Of a stretch of DNA of 64,000 nt, positions 39,548 to 48,602 are shown in pieces. The stretch comes from Ignavibacteria bacterium. GTDB lineage: Bacteria; Bacteroidota; Ignavibacteria; Ignavibacteriales; Ignavibacteriaceae. The DNA is taken from positions 8,191 to 72,190 of the forward strand of contig JBBIGV010000011.1 in assembly GCA_037447335.1 (NCBI GenBank), written 5' to 3'. A program made the translations under genes and the position numbers. Numbering within the stretch: position 1 is the stretch's first letter; each line of letters begins with the position of its first letter. Under the pieces are notes generated by a model that ran no database searches, was not told the origin of the DNA, and saw only the letters and a program-made list of their open reading frames with translations.

Positions 39548-39665
39548 GAGGCTGACCAAAATGCAGCACAGATTACTAATCTGTGCTACGATGACTTTGA
39601 ATTTAATCTGAAATCAGACATATAAATTCAGAGTTGTTTGCAAAATTTACTTTTTGGTCAGCCTC
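39548..39665 (+). repeat. palindromic intergenic repeat element, copy 2
   Basis: Same orientation and near-identical sequence to 28815..28954. Termini are GAGGCTGACCAAAA / TTTTGGTCAGCCTC. Confidence 0.8.
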
Positions 39666-39830
39666 CTTTATTTAAAAATGCAGAAGATGTATTATCAATT
39701 ATCAATAAGTAATTTTTCTTCAGAATTACCGGTCAACTTATCCCAAAACCACCAAACTTGTTTCTTTTTTACCGATTTTTTACAGGCATGAAAATTGATT
39801 TATTCAGATAGAATTTTTAAAGGTATTATA

Positions 39831-41288
39831 ATGATTGAATTAAGATTTACAGCAGAAAAAATGAATGGGCAGGTTATAACCGGTACCCTTTCAGCAAAGT
39901 CTTTTTCTGAAGGCAAAAGGAAAATATCCAGGCTCGCCGAAAAGAACCAGTTGAAGATCAAAATTATCGAAAAGAAATCCACCTTTATTTATAAGGTAAG
40001 AAAGGGTAATGAAAAATCCCAGACCGGTGAGCAGAAAGCATTTACAAAACACGAAGTGCAGGAAGCCCTTGCAAGAATGGGTTATACGGTTCTTTCCATA
40101 AATAAAAAACTGCTGAACATCCGCAGAACACCACCCTTATCCGAAATCGTTACATTTGTGAAAATCAGCGCTGAGTTATTAGATCAAAAGCTCGCTTACA
40201 GCGAAATACTTACTTTATTAATTAACGATACAGAAAACAGAACTCTGAAAGAAACCCTCAGGGAAATAAACAGCGAGTTAAAAAAAGGCGCTGATAGTGA
40301 AGCTACTTTTCTCAAATACCAATCTGTATTCGGGAAGTTTACCGCATATATGCTCGGTCTTGCTTCCAAGAGCGGTAACATGGCGGAAATCTACAAAGCT
40401 ACGGCTAAGTTTCTTGAGCGGCGCCAGGAGTTCAAGAAAAATCTCCGTAGTGCTCTTATTACTCCTGCTGTAACAATCTTTGTTCTATTTCTTGCAGTTA
40501 TGTTTTATGTTGCTTACATCTTCCCTGAAACTGCGCTGCTGTTCATCAAATTCGGAATTGAAGTACCCCCGATGACAGCATTTACACTTTTGATAAGCGA
40601 TTTTATAGTTGATAACTTTTTGCTTGTTACATTAGCAGCCATTGCCCCGCCGATTGCAATCTGGCAATACAGCAAAACTAAAAAGGGGAAGCTGGTGGTT
40701 GATAAATACCTGCTAAACATGCCGGTTATCGGTTCGCTGATTCACAAAACTGTAATTGAAGTTTACTGCCGCGTATTCTATACTCTTTACAGCGGTTCTG
40801 CAGAAAGTATAGAGCCCATAAAAATTGCCGCCGAAGCCGCCGGTAATAAGTATTTTGAAGACAGGATCAAAAATGTCGCTATTCCATTAATGATCAAAAA
40901 AGGTGTAGGAATTACTGATGCATTCGTAGCCAGTGGAGTTTTTACCGATACTGCAATCTCCAGGCTTCACTCTGGAGAAGAGACGGGAACCATTAAAAAC
41001 ACATCCTTACAGTTGGCTAATTATTACGAAAGCGAGACGGTTTATAAGCTTAAAAACCTGATAGAGTTGATTCAGGTTATTATTGCTATGATTATCATGG
41101 TAGTAATGATTGCATTAACGCTTGTTTCTGCTGAAACAGCTACAGTAAGACCAAAGAACCCGGGACTTACCGGTTCACTGCACGATCAAAATACTACTAT
41201 TTATGCAGACAGGAATAATATTTGTTTCAACCAGCCGGAATTGACAGGTTTTTTTGCCGGGGATCAATCCGTGCTTAACAAATGCTGA
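39831..41288 (+). CDS. pilC: PilC/GspF-family platform protein
   Basis: Two T2SS-F type repeats with 3-4 TM helices. The start is taken at MIELRFTAEKMNGQVITG. There is a tail of roughly 50 aa after the last TM helix. Confidence 0.8.
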   Translation: MIELRFTAEKMNGQVITGTLSAKSFSEGKRKISRLAEKNQLKIKIIEKKSTFIYKVRKGNEKSQTGEQKAFTKHEVQEALARMGYTVLSINKKLLNIRRTPPLSEIVTFVKISAELLDQKLAYSEILTLLINDTENRTLKETLREINSELKKGADSEATFLKYQSVFGKFTAYMLGLASKSGNMAEIYKATAKFLERRQEFKKNLRSALITPAVTIFVLFLAVMFYVAYIFPETALLFIKFGIEVPPMTAFTLLISDFIVDNFLLVTLAAIAPPIAIWQYSKTKKGKLVVDKYLLNMPVIGSLIHKTVIEVYCRVFYTLYSGSAESIEPIKIAAEAAGNKYFEDRIKNVAIPLMIKKGVGITDAFVASGVFTDTAISRLHSGEETGTIKNTSLQLANYYESETVYKLKNLIELIQVIIAMIIMVVMIALTLVSAETATVRPKNPGLTGSLHDQNTTIYADRNNICFNQPELTGFFAGDQSVLNKC

Positions 41289-41321
41289 TTATTCATTACT
41301 AATAAATTCACAGGTTAATAG

Positions 41322-43115
41322 GTGATGATAGATACCAATCTTGAAATGACTGACAAAATCGGTTATCTGCTTTTCAAAAAAGGGATAATTGATGCACAGA
41401 TGCTTGAAAAGGCGCTCACTGCTAAGTCAAACGATAGAAGTAAAATAAAACGTAACCTTGCACAAATTCTTGTTCAGGATTTTGGTTTTGACCACGATAT
41501 GATTTTCAGAGAAGTGGCAATACTTTATGCATTCCGTGAACTCGATACCGCAGTTGAAGATATACCTCCGCAGCGTCTGGAAAGCATTAAGCAGCGGGTA
41601 AACAATGCCGGCGAAGTTCTGAAAAATCAGATGCTCGAGCATAAAGTTATTCCCTTTATGTACGATGAAAGAATTAAGGATAAACTTATACTTGCAGCAA
41701 TTGATCCGACCGACAGGAATATCCCTAAAATAGCGTTTGGTCTTAATGCAAAGAAGTATGAAGTAATCTATATTAAAAAGCGCGACTATGAAAAACTGAT
41801 CAATACAATTCTTCCGCCCGAGAACGTATATCTGAAAATGATGGAAGAAGCCGAGCCCGAATTTCAAATTGATAAAGATGAAACCGGGCTGGATGAAGAA
41901 GCGCTTGATGCAGAAATAAACCGCAGTGCATTAATTAACCTTGTTGAAGGCGCCCTGGTTGAAGGTGTAAGAAGAGGCGCCAGCGATATTCACTTCGTTC
42001 CTATATCGAATAATAAAACTGAAATTCTTTTCAGGGTTGATGGTGGTCTGCTGCTGTGGCACATCCAGGAAAGCACTTTGCCCGAAGCTGTTGTTGCGGT
42101 TGTTAAAGATCGATCAAAAGGCATGGACCGGTTCGAAAGAGAAAGAGCACAGGATGGTTTTATTCAAAGAGAAATTGACGGCATCGTAATTCGTTTCAGG
42201 GTTTCTGTCCTTCCTATGGTAGGTACAGAACTTAAAAATAAATTCGAAAGCGTTGTAATAAGAATTCTTGACGACAGGAAAGTAATAAGAGACCTCGATA
42301 AGCTCGGCTTAACCGGTTATGCAAGAGATGTTTTTGTTAAAGCAATAAATCAACCGCAGGGAATGGTAATCTTAACAGGACCGACGGGAAGCGGAAAGAG
42401 CACAACTCTTGTTGCAGCATTATACCAGGTAGTAGATCCATCCGTTAACGTTCTTACTGTTGAAGACCCCGTTGAGTATGTTATTGAAGGCGCAAGGCAG
42501 CTTAAGATCGGTTACAAAATGAATTTTGAGCAGGCAATCCGATCCATTCTTCGTCATGACCCTGACATCGTGCTGGTTGGTGAGATGAGAGATAAAGAAA
42601 CTGCTGAAACTGCAATAAAGCTTGCAAACACCGGTCACTTAACATTCTCAACTCTTCACACTAATGACGCACCGAGCGCAGTTGCGCGTTTATACAAAAT
42701 GGGTATTGAACCTTTCCTTATTGCTTACGCCATTAATTTGATTGTTGCGCAAAGACTTATCAGAAAACTTTGCCCGGATTGTAAAAAGAAGGTTGCAAAC
42801 TTTGACGAAGAATTCATGAATTCACTGGGACTGAACATTGCTGAGTGGAGAAACTATATCATTTACGAACCCAGAGGCTGCGACAAATGTAATAAAACTG
42901 GTTACAAAGGTCGGCTTGCAATTCACGAAGCTCTTTACTTTACCAAAGAGATAAGACAAATTATCGTTCGCTCCGGCGTTGAAGTTGATGAAGAAAAAAT
43001 AAGAATTCAGGCAAAGAAAGACGGATCTCTGAATTTGCGTGAAGCCGGTTTCGAAAAAGTAAAACTCGGCTTAACATCTCTCGAAGAAGTTATTGCCGGA
43101 ACAACTGATGAATAG
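41322..43115 (+). CDS. pilB: PilB/GspE-family assembly ATPase
   Basis: GspE N-domain, Walker A GPTGSGKSTT, Walker B DPDIVLVGEMRD, His box GHLTFSTLHTND and a tetra-Cys motif CPDC..CDKC. Confidence 0.9.
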   Translation: MMIDTNLEMTDKIGYLLFKKGIIDAQMLEKALTAKSNDRSKIKRNLAQILVQDFGFDHDMIFREVAILYAFRELDTAVEDIPPQRLESIKQRVNNAGEVLKNQMLEHKVIPFMYDERIKDKLILAAIDPTDRNIPKIAFGLNAKKYEVIYIKKRDYEKLINTILPPENVYLKMMEEAEPEFQIDKDETGLDEEALDAEINRSALINLVEGALVEGVRRGASDIHFVPISNNKTEILFRVDGGLLLWHIQESTLPEAVVAVVKDRSKGMDRFERERAQDGFIQREIDGIVIRFRVSVLPMVGTELKNKFESVVIRILDDRKVIRDLDKLGLTGYARDVFVKAINQPQGMVILTGPTGSGKSTTLVAALYQVVDPSVNVLTVEDPVEYVIEGARQLKIGYKMNFEQAIRSILRHDPDIVLVGEMRDKETAETAIKLANTGHLTFSTLHTNDAPSAVARLYKMGIEPFLIAYAINLIVAQRLIRKLCPDCKKKVANFDEEFMNSLGLNIAEWRNYIIYEPRGCDKCNKTGYKGRLAIHEALYFTKEIRQIIVRSGVEVDEEKIRIQAKKDGSLNLREAGFEKVKLGLTSLEEVIAGTTDE

Positions 43116-43136
43116 CGGGTTAAATTTTTTAACCGC
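43115..43136 (+). terminator. hairpin between the pilB and pilT homologues (possible attenuator)
   Basis: GCGG(G)TTAAA-TTT-TTTAACCGC. No clean T-run follows it. Confidence 0.3.
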
Positions 43137-43268
43137 TTCCCTGTTCTTTAACAGAATGACAGAGCTTTAAGTTCTATAACTGTTTTGAATATTATCAACT
43201 AACAGAATTCGCCTAAATAACAACATAAGATGATTTGGCTTATTGTTTGAAATTTATTCAGATAGCTA

Positions 43269-44552
43269 TTGTCTTTTAGAAATTTACATTATAATTTAAT
43301 AACTATCATTGGAAGTCGTATTGTGGCAATAACTGCAGGAAAAAATATACTGGTAAATTTTTCAGAAAACATTCCGGCATCCTTAACCGGTCCGGACAGA
43401 GCTGCCTATATACTCGAAAATATAGACCGGCTTGAGGTTGATGAAAAAGTTGCTCTTCGTAATCTCTTTAACAAATTGCTAACCAGCATGATTGAAAGAG
43501 ATGCCTCCGATATTGAAATAGGCGGGCACGGAAACGAAGGCTATATATGGATGAGAGTGCACGGAAAGAAACAGCGTATTTCCGATTTACCCCAATTCTC
43601 TCTTGATGAAACTGCTATCCTCATAATCAATCTGCTTAATGCAAATCAGAGAAAGTATCTTTCGCTTACCCGAAACCTTGATTTCAGCCATACATTTTTT
43701 TATGAGAGGAAGAAAACAAACATTCGTTTCAGAGCGGATGCTTACTTTGACCTCGATACTCTCGCATTGAATATGCGCGCCATCAATGCAACCATCAGAC
43801 CTTTTTCTTCACTTGGTTTTCATCCTGTTGCGGCAAAGATGATGAGTCATACCTATATCAAGTTCGGGCTGTCTCTTGTAACAGGAATTACCGGTTCCGG
43901 TAAATCTACAACTCTGGATTCAATAATAGATGAACATAATAAGATAGACCCCTGCCATATTGTTATAATAGCTTCGCCTGTGGAATATGTTCATAAATCG
44001 AATGTCTCGATAGTAAGGCATAGAGAAGTTGGACGGGATGTGCTTTCATTCAAAGATGGTGTTACGCAATCATTACGACAGGACCCCGACATAATTGTTA
44101 TTGGTGAAATGAGAGACCCCGATACTATCCTTGCTGCTCTTGAAGTTACGGATACCGGGCACAAAGTTTTTTCTACTTTACACACATCATCTGCATCAGA
44201 ATCAATTGACAGAATAATCGCAGAAGTTCATCCGAATGAGCAGGAACGTGTAAGGAACAGGCTTGCAGATGTTTTAATATCTGTAGTATCTCAAAAGCTT
44301 GTCCCAAGCCTTGATGGTAAGCAGGTGCTCGCTAAAGAAGTGCTGATCGTTACACCAAGTGTTAAAGCAGCAATAAAAAATAATAACGTAAGCGAAATTT
44401 ATATGATGATAAACCAGGGTGCCAACCAGGGTATGATAACAATGGAGCAGGACCTTAAGCGGCTTTATCTTGAAAAAAAGATTTCGCTTGAAAATGCAAT
44501 AGCATATGCAAATAATAAAACAAGAATTCAGCAATTACTGGCGGCAGCATAA
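43269..44552 (+). CDS. pilT: PilT-family retraction-type ATPase with an N-terminal extension
   Basis: Walker A GITGSGKSTT, DPDIIVIGEMRD and GHKVFSTLHTSS. The start is uncertain (TTG at 43269 or GTG at 43323). Confidence 0.8.
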   Translation: MSFRNLHYNLITIIGSRIVAITAGKNILVNFSENIPASLTGPDRAAYILENIDRLEVDEKVALRNLFNKLLTSMIERDASDIEIGGHGNEGYIWMRVHGKKQRISDLPQFSLDETAILIINLLNANQRKYLSLTRNLDFSHTFFYERKKTNIRFRADAYFDLDTLALNMRAINATIRPFSSLGFHPVAAKMMSHTYIKFGLSLVTGITGSGKSTTLDSIIDEHNKIDPCHIVIIASPVEYVHKSNVSIVRHREVGRDVLSFKDGVTQSLRQDPDIIVIGEMRDPDTILAALEVTDTGHKVFSTLHTSSASESIDRIIAEVHPNEQERVRNRLADVLISVVSQKLVPSLDGKQVLAKEVLIVTPSVKAAIKNNNVSEIYMMINQGANQGMITMEQDLKRLYLEKKISLENAIAYANNKTRIQQLLAAA

Positions 44553-46094
44553 ATGAAACCTGTAGTATCGGTATATTGTGAAGGCAATGATACAAAGATT
44601 GCCGTTTTTAGTGCAGAGAACGGTAGGATTAAAGTACTAAGAAGCGCATCTTTTGATGTGATGCAATCGGCAATGAGACTCGATGACGGTATAGCCGACC
44701 TTGCCCTTGAAGGTACCGACCTTGATCTTGAACAGATGAAAAAGCAGGGTGTCGAGTCTGATGGTTCGGTTAATGTTTCTGCCATCAGCTCGATAAATGA
44801 ATCACTGCGCGGAACAAATCTCAGTAAGTGTGATTTTATTACTGCACTCACTGAACCTTCTGTTTATTATCATGTCTTTGAAGGTTCTAAGCAGGCTCGC
44901 TCTTCCAAACTTAACGCAGATATTGCTCAGGAAATTCTCAATACAAAAGGAATCGGTGTTGATAAAGACACACTTGGCTATGTTGAATTGTCTGATAAGT
45001 CTTTGTTTGCAGCATTCATTGCGGGCGATGTAAATTGCTTTAAGCTTATAAATGCGCTGGCTAACTTCAATAACAAGCGTAATTATAAGATCACATCGGT
45101 TAAAAGTTGTGAAATATCACTTGCTTATTATGTAGCAAAAAGAAAGAAATTCTTTCCTGATGATTACTCGCTGATTGTCTATATAGGCAAAGAATACAGC
45201 AAGTTGATTTTCCTGCATGGCAGAAAATTAAAGCACATTGGCGCTACAATTGACATCGGTACACTAAATCTCCACACTTATGATGTTTACTTCTCCAAGA
45301 TACTTTTGGAAATGGAGAATGGTGGAATAAGTTCTCTTGATAATATTATCGTTTGCGGTGAGGATGATTCAGAAAGCCTGATACTATCTTTCTACGGAAC
45401 TTTCCCTGAAGCAAATGTGTCAAGATTAGAGTTTGAAGACCTTGATCTTACCGGGTTAAAACCTGAAGAAAGAGAAATCTTTTCTGCATTCAGCGTGCCC
45501 ACTGCCATAGCTATTGAATATTTCGATGAACTTAAGCAGGAGTATAAAGGCATAAACCTCCTGCCAAAGTATGTAAAAGAAGATCAGAAATTTTTCCAGT
45601 TTGGCTGGCACGGCTATCTGATGCTGCCTATACTATTCCTTTCCGCTTTGTTTATCACACAACAGATATTAAATAACCAGAGCACGATCAAACAACTGGA
45701 TAAAGAAATTACCGAGCAGACCATCCTTGTTAAAGAAAATCAGCAAATACTTTCCCAGATTGCTGAACTGGAAGCTAAGATAAGCAGCTTCGACAGGACA
45801 CAGGCAATCCTTGATTCGGTCTCTGTCGGCGCTGGTATCTGGACAAAAGTGGTTACTCATATTGCAGAGTTTTTTGGCGCCAGGAAAAACATCTGGCTAA
45901 CAAAACTTTCGCAGGATGGAAGCAACGTGGTGCTAGAAGGTTATGTGCTATCTAAAAATGTTCTAACAGATTTTGCTTATTCTATAGATTCGGCAATTCT
46001 CAAAAGTGTTTTTTATGAGGCTCTCAGGGAGAAGGACACTTATAAGTTTATGATCATCTTTAACCTTTCACAATTTCCGGAAGCAGATAAATGA
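44553..46094 (+). CDS. PilM-like actin-fold protein fused to a PilN-like TM + coiled-coil module
   Basis: 513 aa. The N-terminal roughly 340 aa are PilM-like, followed by the TM helix GYLMLPILFLSALFITQQIL, a coiled coil and a C-terminal alpha/beta domain. Confidence 0.65.
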   Translation: MKPVVSVYCEGNDTKIAVFSAENGRIKVLRSASFDVMQSAMRLDDGIADLALEGTDLDLEQMKKQGVESDGSVNVSAISSINESLRGTNLSKCDFITALTEPSVYYHVFEGSKQARSSKLNADIAQEILNTKGIGVDKDTLGYVELSDKSLFAAFIAGDVNCFKLINALANFNNKRNYKITSVKSCEISLAYYVAKRKKFFPDDYSLIVYIGKEYSKLIFLHGRKLKHIGATIDIGTLNLHTYDVYFSKILLEMENGGISSLDNIIVCGEDDSESLILSFYGTFPEANVSRLEFEDLDLTGLKPEEREIFSAFSVPTAIAIEYFDELKQEYKGINLLPKYVKEDQKFFQFGWHGYLMLPILFLSALFITQQILNNQSTIKQLDKEITEQTILVKENQQILSQIAELEAKISSFDRTQAILDSVSVGAGIWTKVVTHIAEFFGARKNIWLTKLSQDGSNVVLEGYVLSKNVLTDFAYSIDSAILKSVFYEALREKDTYKFMIIFNLSQFPEADK

Positions 46095-46981
46095 ACAGGA
46101 AAATAATCAGTACGCTCGGACTTGTCGGTTTGCTCGTTATCATCCTGCTGCTTGGCGGATTATATATATTTCTCTTTCAAAGAGGTGACCTTGAAACGAA
46201 AAGAGAAAAATTAAAAGAGCTTAAAGCTTATGATTACGATACAGATCAGCTTTTAAATCAGCTTGAAACTCTTGAATTGCGGTCTGCCGTTCTGGATTCA
46301 ATACTTGCAGCAAGAAAGTTTAATATACCCTATGATATTTCATCAATTAAGTTCTATGATTTTCTTAATAACATAAGCCGAAGTTTTTCTTCAAGCACAC
46401 AGATAGATATTGAATACATGGAACAAAAAGCCGATAAAGAATTTCAGTTTTATGAATATAAAATCGGCGGCACAGGTCCATTCAGTGATTTGTACAAATT
46501 ACTGGTTGCTATCGAAAACAGTAAAGAGCTGAAAAAGATAAACTCGGCAATGATGAATAATTATGTCGGCACCGATGAAGACGGCTACCCACAGTTTATG
46601 GTAAGTTATGTGCTCAATGTAAAAACATACTTTGCTGATAATAACAGATTTACTACTGCGGATTTTGTTGAAAATGATTTATCGGCAAGACCTGTTTATG
46701 ATGCATTCTTTCCGCTTATACGAAACGAAATACCTCCAAACATAGATATGCTGCTTGACGTTCAAGGCGCAAGGCTGCTTGCTCTTATTCCGGAAGGCGC
46801 ATTTCTTTCCGACAGCCGGGGTAATACCTATCTGATCTGGGAAGGCGACCCGGTATATCTTGGATATCTGACAAAAATAGACTACGATCATAATATGGTC
46901 AGCTTTATTCTGAATAAAGGTGGAATTATTGAAAAAGTGGACCTTGAGCTGGCTCAGGAAGATAAAACAAAGAAGAAATAA
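46091..46981 (+). CDS. PilO-like protein fused to a PilP-like C-terminal domain
   Basis: TM helix and coiled coil, then a ferredoxin-like core (YEYKIGGTGPFSDLYKLLVAIE), then PilP-like FFPLI...LLALIPEGAFLSDSRGNTYLIWEGDPVYLGYLTKID. Confidence 0.55.
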   Translation: MNRKIISTLGLVGLLVIILLLGGLYIFLFQRGDLETKREKLKELKAYDYDTDQLLNQLETLELRSAVLDSILAARKFNIPYDISSIKFYDFLNNISRSFSSSTQIDIEYMEQKADKEFQFYEYKIGGTGPFSDLYKLLVAIENSKELKKINSAMMNNYVGTDEDGYPQFMVSYVLNVKTYFADNNRFTTADFVENDLSARPVYDAFFPLIRNEIPPNIDMLLDVQGARLLALIPEGAFLSDSRGNTYLIWEGDPVYLGYLTKIDYDHNMVSFILNKGGIIEKVDLELAQEDKTKKK

Positions 46982-46998
46982 TATAGTGAGAGATTAAC

Positions 46999-48228
46999 AT
47001 GAAAAAGTTTTTTGTCTGTTTCGTTATTGTAATTTTTGCTGCCGGAAGTTTTTACCCGCAGCGTCACCTTGAAAAGCAGTTCAAGGGTTATACTAATCCC
47101 GAAGAGCTTGTTTCTTTATCGCCCGATATTTCGTTCAATCAGGCTGTTGAACTGCTTAGCAAAGTAAGCGTAAATATTACCGGCAAGAAAATAATTTCTA
47201 CTGTTGACCGGAGCGAACCTATCGGGATGGATATTCGCAATATGCCTTACGATAAGGTGCTGGTTATTTTGGTTCAATATGCAAATCTTCTTTTTGAAGA
47301 AAGAGAAGATGTGATTGTTATTAAAAGAAAGGGGGAAGAGAAAGAGAAAAGCCCGGAAACTTACGCGGCAGTTGATAGTCGTGAAGTAAAAATATCAGCA
47401 GTATTTTTTGAAATGGATGTAAATGCTTCCAAAGAAAGAGGTGTTAACTGGAAATTTTTGCTTTCAAAAAAGGGACTTGATATTGGCAGCGAAATGCGCT
47501 CTTTTACCGAACAACAGCAAACGGGCGGGCAGCAGCAAACACAGCAAACACCGGAGTTTAAAGTTGGCGGCTCTTCAACTTTTGATGCCGGCGGTTTCTT
47601 TGGTGAAGCTACTGCAATGTTCAAATTTTTTGAAGAAGAAAATCTCGGCGAAATCATCGCAAGCCCAAACATTATCGTTCGTGACAGAAACCAGGGAAGA
47701 ATTCAGGTGGGTTCCGATTTCTCTGTAAAGCAGCGTGATTTTGCAGGAAATATTGTTGAAAGTTTCTTCCCTACGGGCACAATAATTGAAGTTACTCCAT
47801 ATGTCTATAACGAAGAAGGCATAAATTATATGCTTCTTGATATTAAAGTTGAAAGAAGCTCGTTCGTTCAGGGTGAAGTTACAACCGAAGTCAGGAAAAC
47901 AACTGCTAATACGCAGGTTATTATGTTGGATGAAGAAGAAACTGTTATTGGTGGTTTATTTATAAATGAAGAAATAAAAATTAGAACCGGAATTCCGTTT
48001 CTGAAAGACCTGCCCTGGTGGGTATTTGGCATAAGATACCTTACTGGCAGCGACCAAACAGTTCTGAGAAAAAAAGAACTGGTTATCTTAATAAAGGCTG
48101 AACTTGTGCCAACTTTGAAAGAAAGAATTGCAGGTACTAAATCAAGTTCACCAATAAGAGATGAAATTTTAAGGAACAGAGATAGAATCCGGTATTATCA
48201 GTTCAATCAATCAACCGATGGAAATTAA
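46999..48228 (+). CDS. pilQ: short secretin (PilQ/GspD family)
   Basis: Signal peptide and an N0/STN-like domain. Secretin core IIASPNIIVRDRNQGRIQVG...GGLF...IPFLKDLPWWVFGIRYL. Q-rich insert QQQTGGQQQTQQT. Confidence 0.8.
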   Translation: MKKFFVCFVIVIFAAGSFYPQRHLEKQFKGYTNPEELVSLSPDISFNQAVELLSKVSVNITGKKIISTVDRSEPIGMDIRNMPYDKVLVILVQYANLLFEEREDVIVIKRKGEEKEKSPETYAAVDSREVKISAVFFEMDVNASKERGVNWKFLLSKKGLDIGSEMRSFTEQQQTGGQQQTQQTPEFKVGGSSTFDAGGFFGEATAMFKFFEEENLGEIIASPNIIVRDRNQGRIQVGSDFSVKQRDFAGNIVESFFPTGTIIEVTPYVYNEEGINYMLLDIKVERSSFVQGEVTTEVRKTTANTQVIMLDEEETVIGGLFINEEIKIRTGIPFLKDLPWWVFGIRYLTGSDQTVLRKKELVILIKAELVPTLKERIAGTKSSSPIRDEILRNRDRIRYYQFNQSTDGN

Positions 48229-48234
48229 AATAAG

Positions 48235-48600
48235 ATGGAATCAATTCTAATAGTAGATGACGACTTAAATCTCTGTCTCGCACTTAAGGATGAACTGATT
48301 GAAGTTGGTTACGATGTTAATTTCGTAAACGACGGCGATCAGGCGCTGAACTACCTTGAGAGCAGCACGCCGGATCTTATTTTACTCGACCTGAAAATGC
48401 CAAACAAAGATGGTTTTGAAGTTCTTAAAGAACTCAATCAAAAAAACATAAAAATTAAAGTGATCGTTTTAACAGCTTATGCCGATGTAAAAAGTGCGAT
48501 AGATTCGGCAAAAATGGGGGCAAATGATTTTATTGCCAAGCCCTACGATTTTGATGAATTGTTAATTACGATAAGAAAGGTGCTCCAAAGGGATCAATAA
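48235..48600 (+). CDS. single-domain CheY-like response regulator
   Basis: 121 aa with DD..D(LILLDLKMP)..T..K(AKPYD). Confidence 0.85.
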   Translation: MESILIVDDDLNLCLALKDELIEVGYDVNFVNDGDQALNYLESSTPDLILLDLKMPNKDGFEVLKELNQKNIKIKVIVLTAYADVKSAIDSAKMGANDFIAKPYDFDELLITIRKVLQRDQ

Positions 48601-48602
48601 GT

